Source: Chloroflexota bacterium
Lineage (GTDB): Bacteria; Chloroflexota; UBA11872
NCBI GenBank assembly: GCA_026708035.1
Contig: JAPOVQ010000014.1
Coordinates: 2,826 to 66,825, forward strand
Reading direction: 5' to 3'
DNA length: 64,000 nucleotides
A model generated the notes under the pieces. The model had not been told where the DNA came from. It made no database searches and was given only the letters and a program-made list of their open reading frames with translations. Of this stretch, positions 55,692 to 64,000 are shown one piece after another. Made by a program: the position numbers and the translations under genes. Within the stretch, counting starts at the first letter, position 1; each line of letters begins with the position of its first letter.

Positions 55692-57665
55692 CTACCGTTC
55701 TTCCCAGTAGTCGTCCAGCCACACCCGCTCGATCGGCGAGTGCACCGGCATGGCGTAGAACTGCATGTAGAACGCGCCCTGCAGACGCCTGTGATACAGG
55801 TTCCGCAGCGAGCCTCGCCATAGCAGCCCGGCCACCATGTTGCCCTTGGAGTGGAGTCGCGTCGCGAATTCGATCCATCGCTCGCGCAGCGCCTCGTTGT
55901 TCTCCGCCGCGAACATGTCGGCGTACGCCTCGTCGATCCACGGGCGGTTGATGTTCGAGTGGTTCCAGCCACCGAGCTCGTACACCCGGTCGCTGCACAC
56001 GCGCAGGCACGCGTCTACCACGGCTTGGTCGCCGCCCATGTTGGCGAGGACCAGGTCGTGCACCCGCTCCTGGTACAGCTTCTCGATCACCGCCGAGCCG
56101 TCGACCAGGAAGAACTCAACCTTGATGCCCACCTGCTCCCAGTAGTTCTTGAGTGCCAGGTCCGTCGGCGTCGGCGGCCCCCACTTGATCCACTGAATCT
56201 CCTTCTCGGAGTCCCACTGGGCCTCTTCGACCAGAGCGCGCGCCGCGTCCGGGTCGTAGGGCATGGCGCGGAACGTGCCTTCCGGCGGGTCCTGCATCAG
56301 CGCCACGTGCTCGAAGATGTAGTCCGAGATGAACAGCGTGCCCGCGTGGAGCTCGTTGTTGATCGTGTCCCGGTCCACCGCCCGCACCATGGCCTCGATC
56401 ATCAGCGACTGCTGCTCGAGGGTCATGTCCGAGAAGATCTCGGCGCTCTGGTTGAGGAACACGTGCCCGCCGAACGGCGAGCGCTGCGGAAACGGCCGCA
56501 GGTGCCCCAGGCTCGCAAGGCGCTGGAAGGCCTCGATGTTGCTCGCCCGGTGGAAGTCCTGCTCGCCGGCCTCCATGGCCGCGTCCAGCGCGTTCCGCTC
56601 GCCGTAGCGGACCACGTAGTCGTTGACGTACGGCGTGCCGTAGGCGAAGTCCTTGTGCGCCGTCATGTCGGCGAACTGCTGAGTAACGTAGCGCTCCCAG
56701 ATCATCGGGCCGTTGCCCAGCGGATTCAGTGCCCGCGTCTCGATCGCCGTCGCCGGGTCGAGACCCGCGTAGTGGTGCCGGGCCATCGGCGGCAGGTGCC
56801 AGTCGCGGCTCGCCCACCAAGCCGAATCGGGCCGGTCGATCGCGATCTGCACGGTCATCTCGTCGATCTTCGTCAGACCGGGAACGTCCTCCACGTTGTC
56901 CGTGGGGTTCTCGCCCCAGGCCTCGGCGCCCTCGATTCGGCCCCAGGCCTTCTTGTGCTGGCCCGAGCCGTAGTTCTTGTCCAGCCCCATCTTGGCGCCG
57001 AACAGCACGTCGTCGGCCGTCAACGGCACCTGGTCGTGCCACGTGACGTCGGGGTTGATGTGGAAGTTGTAGACGCGGGCGCGCTCGACCTCGTCCCAAC
57101 TGTTGGCCACGCCCTTGTCCCACTCACCCGTCATGGCCGGCGTGTCACCCGGGCCCCAGGTGTCGCCATACCACAGGGGCAGGAACACATAGTCGGTGAT
57201 GTAGGCCTGCGAGCTGCTGACCTGCTTGAGCGGGTTGAAGATGTCCTGGTGGTTCGGGCCGCTGCCGCTGTGATTCAGCGTGCCGCCGCTGATCGGACCC
57301 TCAGGAATCATCATCTCGGCCGTGACTTCCTTGATGACCTCGACTTCCTTCGTCACGATCTTCTCGACCTCGACGGCGACTTCCTTGATGACCTCAACTT
57401 CCTTGACGACCTCGGTGGTCACCAGCTTCTCGACCGGAACTTCCTTGACGACTTCCTTGGTCACGACCGTCTCGACCGGAACTTCCTTGACCACTTCCTT
57501 GGTCACGACCGTCTCGACCGGGACTTCCTTGATGACTTCCTTGGTCACGACCTGCGTTTCACCGCACGCCGCCAACACGGCTGCCCCGGCTGCGCCAAAC
57601 ATCCCGGCAGCTGCGCCCTTGAGGACGCGCCGTCGCGAGACGCCCGCGCGAATGTGATGGCTCAT
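55692..57665 (-). CDS. ABC transporter substrate-binding lipoprotein, family 5, paralog with a K-E-V repeat stalk
   Basis: Tat-like signal plus lipobox (RRRVLKGAAAGMFGAAGAAVLAAC-G). The repeats are TKEVIKEVPVETVVTKEVVKEVPVE.... The body is collinear with 53232..55268. Confidence 0.85.
   Translation of the reverse strand: MSHHIRAGVSRRRVLKGAAAGMFGAAGAAVLAACGETQVVTKEVIKEVPVETVVTKEVVKEVPVETVVTKEVVKEVPVEKLVTTEVVKEVEVIKEVAVEVEKIVTKEVEVIKEVTAEMMIPEGPISGGTLNHSGSGPNHQDIFNPLKQVSSSQAYITDYVFLPLWYGDTWGPGDTPAMTGEWDKGVANSWDEVERARVYNFHINPDVTWHDQVPLTADDVLFGAKMGLDKNYGSGQHKKAWGRIEGAEAWGENPTDNVEDVPGLTKIDEMTVQIAIDRPDSAWWASRDWHLPPMARHHYAGLDPATAIETRALNPLGNGPMIWERYVTQQFADMTAHKDFAYGTPYVNDYVVRYGERNALDAAMEAGEQDFHRASNIEAFQRLASLGHLRPFPQRSPFGGHVFLNQSAEIFSDMTLEQQSLMIEAMVRAVDRDTINNELHAGTLFISDYIFEHVALMQDPPEGTFRAMPYDPDAARALVEEAQWDSEKEIQWIKWGPPTPTDLALKNYWEQVGIKVEFFLVDGSAVIEKLYQERVHDLVLANMGGDQAVVDACLRVCSDRVYELGGWNHSNINRPWIDEAYADMFAAENNEALRERWIEFATRLHSKGNMVAGLLWRGSLRNLYHRRLQGAFYMQFYAMPVHSPIERVWLDDYWEER
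57321..57556. repeat. In-frame tandem coding repeats (K/E/V stalk) in SBP 2
   Basis: A unit of about 39 nt, cttccttgaccacttccttggtcacgaccgtctcgaccgg, is repeated. Confidence 0.8.
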
Positions 57666-57824
57666 ACGTGTGCCCTCCCCGATTGGCCGGCCTGGCGACG
57701 GGACAAAAAACCCACCCCAGCGTATCCGGCGCCTGTCGGTGGACTATACCGCTGCGGATTCTCTCTGGTCCAGAGCGTCAAGCCAGCCGCGCCTTTCGCA
57801 TCCGCCCCGCGTCCGCGGCTCGAT

Positions 57825-58730
57825 TTAGGGGCTGGAGCAGTCCGCGGTCACCGCCGTTTGGCCGCTCCAGACCAACGCAACTTGCTTCGCGGCGCACGCC
57901 ACGGATGCCGGCGCGCTGTCGCGCGAGCTCAGCTCAAACGTCCACCGGCCCGTGTAGCCGATCTGGCGAAGCGTGGACACCAGTTCGTCCCAGTCGATGT
58001 GGCCGGCGCCCGGCACCCAATGCCGGTCGTCAAGGCCATCGGTGTCCTGCAGGTGTGTCGCAATCAACCGCTCGCCCGCGGCGCGCGCCTCTGACGCCGG
58101 ATTGAGCCCGTTGACCACCGCGTGACCGGTGTCAAGGCAAATGCCGACCGTCGCCGGATACGGCTCGATCAACGCTCGCAACTGCTCCATCCGGCAGAGC
58201 GGGCGCGGGGTGCCGCGCTCCATGAGGTTTTCGCAGGCGATCCGCAGACCCAGGCGATCGGCGATTGGATAGAGCTCGTCGAGCGACCGGCGGGCCGCAT
58301 CGTTGGCCGCTTCGACGTTGATCGCGTTGGCCGCCTCGTCGTTGTACGCGCTGCCCGTCGGGTGAACCACCACCACCTCACCGCCGAGGTCGGCATAGGG
58401 GGCGAGCCATGCGGCGACTTCGTACACCGAGAGGCGCCGCTCGAGTTCATCCACCGCCGCAAGGTTGACCGTCGGGGTAAGCGGCGCGTGCATCGTGGTC
58501 GGCTGAACCTTGGCCGCCTCCAATGCCGACCGAGCGTTTCTCCGCATGTCATCGGAAATCAGGGGGCACAGCGGCGGCCAGAACTCGATCGCCTCGAAGC
58601 CTGCCGCGGTCACTTCCGCGAGCGCTTGGGTGAGCGTGGTAGTCGGCACTTCGCCCCACATGCTCGTCGCAAGGGAAAACCGGGGAAGTCGTTGGCGTTC
58701 GTGCATGAGTCGCATTCCTGAAAACTCCAT
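57825..58730 (-). CDS. Sugar phosphate isomerase/epimerase (xylose isomerase-like TIM barrel)
   Basis: ...FSLATSMWGEVPTTTLTQALAEVTAAGFEAIEFWP...VVVHP...CENL...CLDTGHA.... Start candidates are 58730, 58715 and 58706. The track ORF to 58988 looks over-extended. Confidence 0.7.
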   Translation of the reverse strand: MEFSGMRLMHERQRLPRFSLATSMWGEVPTTTLTQALAEVTAAGFEAIEFWPPLCPLISDDMRRNARSALEAAKVQPTTMHAPLTPTVNLAAVDELERRLSVYEVAAWLAPYADLGGEVVVVHPTGSAYNDEAANAINVEAANDAARRSLDELYPIADRLGLRIACENLMERGTPRPLCRMEQLRALIEPYPATVGICLDTGHAVVNGLNPASEARAAGERLIATHLQDTDGLDDRHWVPGAGHIDWDELVSTLRQIGYTGRWTFELSSRDSAPASVACAAKQVALVWSGQTAVTADCSSP

Positions 58731-59245
58731 AGCCGTTATAGCAGCGCCCGTGGCCAGGGCGGGAATTGAACGGGACGAATCTTGTCGAAGGATCAACAAC
58801 GTTGAGGCTGCGCTTGGCTCGTTGACACCTGGCGTTTGTTGCGGTCCGCTCCGCCCGCGAGCCGACCGGCCTTGGTTTCGACCGAGCCTGGCGACCGCTG
58901 GATTCCCAAGATGCCCCGATGCCAACGCGACCAAACCGTAACTGACGGCACTTCGATTCGCAGGGTGCGGTGCGCCAGCACCGATCACGCGCCGCGCGTA
59001 TCATTCCAGCGCGGTGGTGCGTTGAGGGAAGGCCAACGAATGCTCCGCCAGACCCGGCAGGCAACTGTCATGCCACTGGCGTGCCGCGCCTCTGGCCTAC
59101 GCCATGGATCGCGCGCCGCCCGGGCCAGGCCCGTCACCGCATCTCTGGGCACGGCGTCCAGCGCAAGTGACCGTCGCGTGGCGAGACCTTGGATGTGGTC
59201 GGCAGCGGCCTATCAGGCCTCTGCGTCGGCTAAGGAAAGAGTCGA

Positions 59246-60343
59246 TTGCAGCTGTCGCTGAGAAACGTCGGGATCCTCACGGCGGGCGGCGACAGCCCGG
59301 GACTGAACGTGGCCATTCGCGGTGTCGGCAAGACCGCGATTCAACAGTTCGGCATGCGCGTTGTCGGTTTTCGCGATGGATTCCGCGGGCTCATGGAAAA
59401 CCGGTTCATCGAGCTCAACAACGACAACCTCTCCGGAATCTTGACGCTTGGCGGAACGATGCTCGGGGCAAGCCGCGACAAGCCGCATCGCATGCCCGTA
59501 GCCGGGCGCAAGGCGAATATGACCGACATCATGGTCGAGAATTTCGAGAAACATCGCTTGGACGCGCTCGTCTGCCTGGGTGGCGGGGGCACGCAAGCCA
59601 GCGCCTACCGGTTGCTTCGCAAGGGTCTGCGGATCGTCACCCTGCCGAAGACCATCGACAATGACGTTGCCGGAACGGATGTGAGCATCGGGTTCAACAC
59701 GGCGCTGACGATTGCCACCGAGGCCATTGACCGCCTGCACAGCACGGCGCATAGCCATCATCGAATCATCGTCGTGGAGACGATGGGTCACAACACCGGC
59801 TGGCTCGCCCTTGGCGCGGGCCTCGCCGCCGGCGCGGACGTGATCCTCATCCCCGAGATTCCCTACGACATCGAGAAGATCGCGGAAGCGATCCGCCGCC
59901 GCAGCCTGGGCGGTCGCGGATTCAGCATCGTCGCGGTTTCGGAAGGGGCGCGGCCGCTTGGAAGCTCTTCGGGCAAGGAACGCGGCAACGGCAACGCTGC
60001 CGGCGGACGACGCAATGGGCACGGCGACTCACTTGGCGCGCACTCGCAGCAGGTTGCCCGCCAGCTCGAAGAGTTGACCGGGCTGGAATCGCGATTGACG
60101 ATCTTGGGTCACGTGCAGCGCGGCGGAACGCCATCGCCCTTCGACCGGGTATTGGCCACTCACCTCGGCACCGCCTGCGCGCGATATGTGGCCGATGGCG
60201 TCACCGGCAGCATGATCGGCGTGCACGGCGAAGAGGTGGCGCCGGTCGACCTCGCCGACGTTGCCGGCGAACGCAAAACCGTGCCGCTGGATCATCACTG
60301 GGTTTCCGCCGCGCGCGACACCGGGGTCGAGCTGGGGGACTAG
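59246..60343 (+). CDS. pfk: 6-phosphofructokinase (PfkA family)
   Basis: [45 protein letters not shown] and [11 protein letters not shown] start per the track. Confidence 0.85.
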   Translation: MQLSLRNVGILTAGGDSPGLNVAIRGVGKTAIQQFGMRVVGFRDGFRGLMENRFIELNNDNLSGILTLGGTMLGASRDKPHRMPVAGRKANMTDIMVENFEKHRLDALVCLGGGGTQASAYRLLRKGLRIVTLPKTIDNDVAGTDVSIGFNTALTIATEAIDRLHSTAHSHHRIIVVETMGHNTGWLALGAGLAAGADVILIPEIPYDIEKIAEAIRRRSLGGRGFSIVAVSEGARPLGSSSGKERGNGNAAGGRRNGHGDSLGAHSQQVARQLEELTGLESRLTILGHVQRGGTPSPFDRVLATHLGTACARYVADGVTGSMIGVHGEEVAPVDLADVAGERKTVPLDHHWVSAARDTGVELGD

Positions 60344-60370
60344 AAGTCGCTGCCGCGCCGCAGCGCGATC

Positions 60371-61078
60371 TCAGGCGATGTCCGCGATCACTTCCTCGAT
60401 GCGCCCGCGGATGGACTCGAAGGTCTGCGTAATTGGTCCGCGCGCGTCCACCACGTCGAAGCTATGGATACCGGCCAGCTCGCGAAGTTGCCGGATCATG
60501 TCCGTCTGGTAGGCGATATAGGTCGAATGCGGATCGGTTCCCTTCAGAAAGTCTTGCCCCGATTCCCAGTAGTCGATGTTTCCGGCGTGCAGGGCGCGCG
60601 GCAGGAGCTGATCCACATCGACATCGAGATAAATCACTTTGTCAGGGATCGGGGCGAACGAATAGAGCCCGTCCATCCACTCACGCGGCATGCCTCGCAC
60701 ACCCGCCCGCGCGATGAGCGAGTAGAAGTAGCGGTCGGCGAGCACCACCATTCCGGCGCGGGCCGACGGCAGGATCACCCGCTCCAGGCGGTCGCAGAAG
60801 TCGGTGGCGTAAAACAGGTTGAGCGTCACGGCGTCCAACCGGTGCCCCGTCTTGGCCCGGTCAATGCCGCGCCCGGCCAGGTCGGAGCGGGTGAGTCCGG
60901 TATCCACGGCTGGAACTCCCATGTCCTCCAGCCACTCCTTGATCAGCCGGATATGGGTCGAACGTCCGGCGCCGTCGGGGCCTTCGAAAACGATGATGCG
61001 ACCCAGCACCTCGCGGTCGTGCCATCCGGTAGGCGGCTCCCCATAGAAGCGCAACACGCGCGCCTGCCGGTTTCTCAT
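60371..61078 (-). CDS. Thymidylate kinase-like P-loop kinase, paralog B
   Basis: P-loop FEGPDGAGRST. DRY-type motif LADRYFYS. 235 aa. Confidence 0.7.
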   Translation of the reverse strand: MRNRQARVLRFYGEPPTGWHDREVLGRIIVFEGPDGAGRSTHIRLIKEWLEDMGVPAVDTGLTRSDLAGRGIDRAKTGHRLDAVTLNLFYATDFCDRLERVILPSARAGMVVLADRYFYSLIARAGVRGMPREWMDGLYSFAPIPDKVIYLDVDVDQLLPRALHAGNIDYWESGQDFLKGTDPHSTYIAYQTDMIRQLRELAGIHSFDVVDARGPITQTFESIRGRIEEVIADIA

Positions 61079-61833
61079 CGTCGGGCGCCGAGCGTGTCCA
61101 GGTAACGCCCCGTGAGTCCCGATGTCGTGAGGGCGTCCGCCAGGCCGCCGTCTTGAATCTTGAGCGCCCCGCCGACGTGGGGCTCAACAAGCTCGCGGAC
61201 TTTGTGCTGCTGCTCGGTGGGCGGGGCGGTCGCATCGATGGAGATCAGCCCAAACTCATCAAGCATCCGCTCGTATTCGGTTTGGATCATGCCTTGAAAC
61301 GCCTGGAACGACCGGTTGAGATCGCTGCTCAGGCCGAGGTCCATGCCGGCTTCGTAGTACTTCAGCCGCGCACGACCGTCCTCGATTCGTCGAATTGCCT
61401 CCGGCAATGGAACGTCGAAGTAGAACGCCATGGTCGGCTTCGGGGCGAAGGCGTAGAGGTGGCGCAGCCAAACGGGGTTGACACCGCGGGCGGCGTCACG
61501 CGCGAACGCCGTATAGATATAGCGGTCGGCAAGCACCGTGGCCCCGGCCTGGAGCGCCGGGATGATCTGCTCGTGGACCCGGTTTGCCAGGTCCGCGCAG
61601 TGGATGAGACTGAACGTCATGGGGGAAAACAAGCGACGCCGTTTTCCTCGGCGCGTGGTACCGCGGACGATCGGCGACGAATTCCACTCGCTGGACACCA
61701 CCAGCACGCCGCGGCTGGTCAGCCACTTGTGGAGCAGGTCGAGCTGCGTGCTCTTGCCGGAGCCGTCGATCCCTTCCACAACGAACAAGCGCCCCGGAAA
61801 CGGTCCGGGCTGCATGCCGTCGTCGTCCGACAT
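61075..61833 (-). CDS. Thymidylate kinase-like P-loop kinase, paralog A
   Basis: P-loop VEGIDGSGKSTQ and LADRYIYT. Its stop overlaps the start of paralog B (ATGA at 61075-61078). The start at 61833 (MSDDDGMQPG...) is preferred; the track ORF extends to 61977. Confidence 0.7.
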   Translation of the reverse strand: MSDDDGMQPGPFPGRLFVVEGIDGSGKSTQLDLLHKWLTSRGVLVVSSEWNSSPIVRGTTRRGKRRRLFSPMTFSLIHCADLANRVHEQIIPALQAGATVLADRYIYTAFARDAARGVNPVWLRHLYAFAPKPTMAFYFDVPLPEAIRRIEDGRARLKYYEAGMDLGLSSDLNRSFQAFQGMIQTEYERMLDEFGLISIDATAPPTEQQHKVRELVEPHVGGALKIQDGGLADALTTSGLTGRYLDTLGARR

Positions 61834-62075
61834 CACCGGCGCGCGGCGGCTCGACGGCGCGGGTGAGCCACCGTCCGACGGGCCGTCGGCTCCTTCGGCG
61901 CTGGCTGCACGCCCCGTGCCTCGGCGACTTCGCGCCACCCATGCCCGCAAGAGGCCAGCGAGTCCGGCGAGTCTCACGGCGTGGTCCTCGAAGGGCGGCG
62001 TGGGGCTTATATGATAGTCGGCCCGCGCTGACAGATCGGGGTGCAGAGAGGCTTCGTGCGGTTCATGCTTGAGCT

Positions 62076-63557
62076 GTGCCGGTGACTCCCAACCGCGTGA
62101 CGCGCGAGCGTGAGCACAAGCTCGGCATCGACCCGCTCGTCGACCTGAACCTTGACCAAGCGCTGGCCGTATACGTGACGCGCCCGCACGAACCTCGGCA
62201 GCTGGTCACGACCTACCACGACACCGCCGATCTGCGACTCCTCCGCTGGGGCTGCACGTTGCGATATCGCGTCGGCGAGGGGTGGCTGGTCAAGCTCCCG
62301 GTGCTCGACGACGGCACCGCCCTCGCGCGTGACGAGGTTCGGGTGGACGGCGCGGCCGACGCCCCGCCGCCCCACGCGCTTACGATCGTGCGGCCATTCA
62401 CTCGCGCGCGTCCGATCATCCCGCTGGTTCGCCTGGAAACGACGCGCCGGTCCACCGATGTGGCCGACCCGCAGGGGCGTCAACTTGCCGAGATCTCCGA
62501 GGACGCCGTGACGGCCTATGCCGGCGGCGCGCTGGCCAAGCAGTTTCGGGAAGTTGAAGTTGAGCTGCGTCCAGACGTTTCCGAAGCAGTCGTTCGGGAC
62601 GTCGTGACACGGCTACAGACGGCCGGCGCCACCGTTCCGATTCGCGTGCCCAAGCTGCGGCGGGCGATCGAGGCCGACGCCGCCGCTTCGCCGGAAGTGA
62701 CTGTTTCCCGGCTGGGCGTCCACGCCACGGCGGCCGATGTGATTCGGGCCGCGTTCGCCGAGGTCACGAGGCGACTGGTGCTCGCGCTGCCGGGGGTGGT
62801 GCTCGACGAAGACCCCGAAGCCGTGCACCAGGCCCGCGTCGCCACCCGTCGCCTGCGCTCCAACATGCGCACGTTTGGACCGCTCTTGGACGAGGCGTGG
62901 CGGCGCGCGCTGGGCGACGAGTTGCGCTGGCTGGCCGGGCTCATGCAGCCGATTCGCGACGCCGACGTGATGCTCGAGACGCTCGAGGCGGCGGCTCGCA
63001 CGCTGGACCCGTCGCGCACGACTCCCGAGCCGGTGCTCGCGCGACTGCTCGTCGAGCGGCAGGGGGCGCGGGAAGAGCTCCTCGCCATGCTCCAAAGCGA
63101 GCGTACCGACCAGTTGCTCGATCGCGTGATCGCCGCGTCAGCCTCTCCCCAGGTACGTGACGATGTGCGAGATATGGCGCCGCGCGAACTTCGGTCCCTC
63201 GCGCGACGGGCTGAGGAACGCCTGGGCCGCGCGGCGTCAAAGGTTGACGCCGCCACCAGCCCCGACGAGCTGCATCGCATGCGCATCGCGGCCAAGCGCG
63301 CGCGCTATGCCGCCGAGGCGGTGGAACGCTTTGGGGGCAAACCGGTGAAGCGCCTGGCGCGCCGTCTCGCCGCGCTCCAGGATGTCCTGGGTGACTACAA
63401 CGACGCGGTGGTCGCGGCTGAGTGGCTGCGAGCCCGACCCATGGCCGACCCCGCGGCTGCGTTCGAGGCTGGGGAACTGGCGGGCACGCTCGACGCCATG
63501 ACCCGCGTCCACGCCGGCGGCGTGCCAAGAGCGCTGCGACGAGCGGGTCTGATCTAA
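62076..63557 (+). CDS. CYTH (triphosphate tunnel metalloenzyme) + CHAD domain protein
   Basis: The N-terminal E-x-E-x-K-type start (REREHKL) and the strand pattern fit CYTH. The C-terminal helical repeats with VHQARVATRRLRS and MRIAAKRARYAAE fit CHAD. Confidence 0.8.
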   Translation: MPVTPNRVTREREHKLGIDPLVDLNLDQALAVYVTRPHEPRQLVTTYHDTADLRLLRWGCTLRYRVGEGWLVKLPVLDDGTALARDEVRVDGAADAPPPHALTIVRPFTRARPIIPLVRLETTRRSTDVADPQGRQLAEISEDAVTAYAGGALAKQFREVEVELRPDVSEAVVRDVVTRLQTAGATVPIRVPKLRRAIEADAAASPEVTVSRLGVHATAADVIRAAFAEVTRRLVLALPGVVLDEDPEAVHQARVATRRLRSNMRTFGPLLDEAWRRALGDELRWLAGLMQPIRDADVMLETLEAAARTLDPSRTTPEPVLARLLVERQGAREELLAMLQSERTDQLLDRVIAASASPQVRDDVRDMAPRELRSLARRAEERLGRAASKVDAATSPDELHRMRIAAKRARYAAEAVERFGGKPVKRLARRLAALQDVLGDYNDAVVAAEWLRARPMADPAAAFEAGELAGTLDAMTRVHAGGVPRALRRAGLI

Positions 63558-63652
63558 GCGCAGCGAAGCTCGGTCGGACGCGGCGAGGGTCGGTGGCCGA
63601 GCGCGGTCAGCGCGCGTGTGGCTGCGTTCGCCGCTCCAGCTCTATCGATGGC

Positions 63653-63999
63653 TCACGGGCGCCGGCGACTCTGAAAGGCCCCGGTGATCAGGACGACCGG
63701 AGTCAACGCAACCAGTGTGAGACCCACCCATAGGTCGGCCAATAGCACCGGCCAGCTCCAGCCGCTTGCGAAGAGCTTCCAGACGGACTCCAGTTTGCTC
63801 CGTGTTGGCTCGGGCGCGCCGTAGGCTGCGAACTCAAGATCTTGGTCCGGAAACGCCGGTGCTCCGTTGATCCAGAGGGCCCCATCGTCGTATCGATTCA
63901 CTCTCGTTGCTACAACCCGGAGTTCGGCGTCCGGCTCGACGTCGGCGACGAGCTCTAGTGCCAGCCGCTGGCCCTCGGGCTCGACAATCGCAGGAACAA
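63653..63999 (-). CDS. Hypothetical protein with a C-terminal TM segment; N-terminus may lie outside the window
   Basis: The frame of track ORF 63653..63901 stays open upstream to the window edge (my translation: ...LELVADVEPDAELRVVATRVNRYDDGALWING...). I recognise no family. Confidence 0.3.
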   Translation of the reverse strand, partial: VPAIVEPEGQRLALELVADVEPDAELRVVATRVNRYDDGALWINGAPAFPDQDLEFAAYGAPEPTRSKLESVWKLFASGWSWPVLLADLWVGLTLVALTPVVLITGAFQSRRRP

Positions 64000-64000
64000 G

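Overview
High-GC bacterial chromosomal window with about 60 protein genes, 2 tRNAs, no rRNA, no CRISPR array, and no transposase or integrase. Housekeeping genes are gyrA, moaC, moeA, accD/accA, acs, a clpC-like gene, comF, pfk and archease-rtcB. They are interleaved with catabolic and accessory genes: three PhyH-type dioxygenases, an RraA-like protein, HpcH and DapA-type lyases, two cytoplasmic BNR/sialidase-like proteins, a GH20 hexosaminidase, two family-5 solute-binding proteins, an aldehyde:ferredoxin oxidoreductase and an MMPL transporter. The lipoproteins carry long Pro/Thr stalks, the binding proteins carry K-E-V repeat stalks, and small palindromic repeats are dispersed through the window. 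I read these traits as pointing to a Chloroflexota-like (SAR202/Thermomicrobia-like) genome, but that is inference only. The most interesting signal is at 11.8-14.9 kb on the minus strand: a tandemly duplicated two-gene module of a monoheme cytochrome c lipoprotein followed by a redoxin-fold lipoprotein. In both copies the redoxin gene is broken in the ORF track by an in-frame TGA exactly at the first Cys of a W-C-x-x-C active site (FYRAFW-TGA-TAC and FYRAFW-TGA-GTC), and a conserved hairpin lies just downstream. I interpret both as selenocysteine (UxxC) proteins that ORF calling mis-split. Other points worth a second look: a MoaD-like protein ending GG+Met coupled to the AOR gene; a translationally coupled pair of thymidylate-kinase-like genes beside a CYTH-CHAD protein and a PFK with mixed donor-specificity residues; three families of short palindromic repeats; an RHH-Doc toxin-antitoxin islet; two candidate about 33-35 aa membrane micro-ORFs with their own expression signals; and orphan binding proteins with repeat stalks. 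All calls rest on reading the translations and the DNA by eye. No searches were run.
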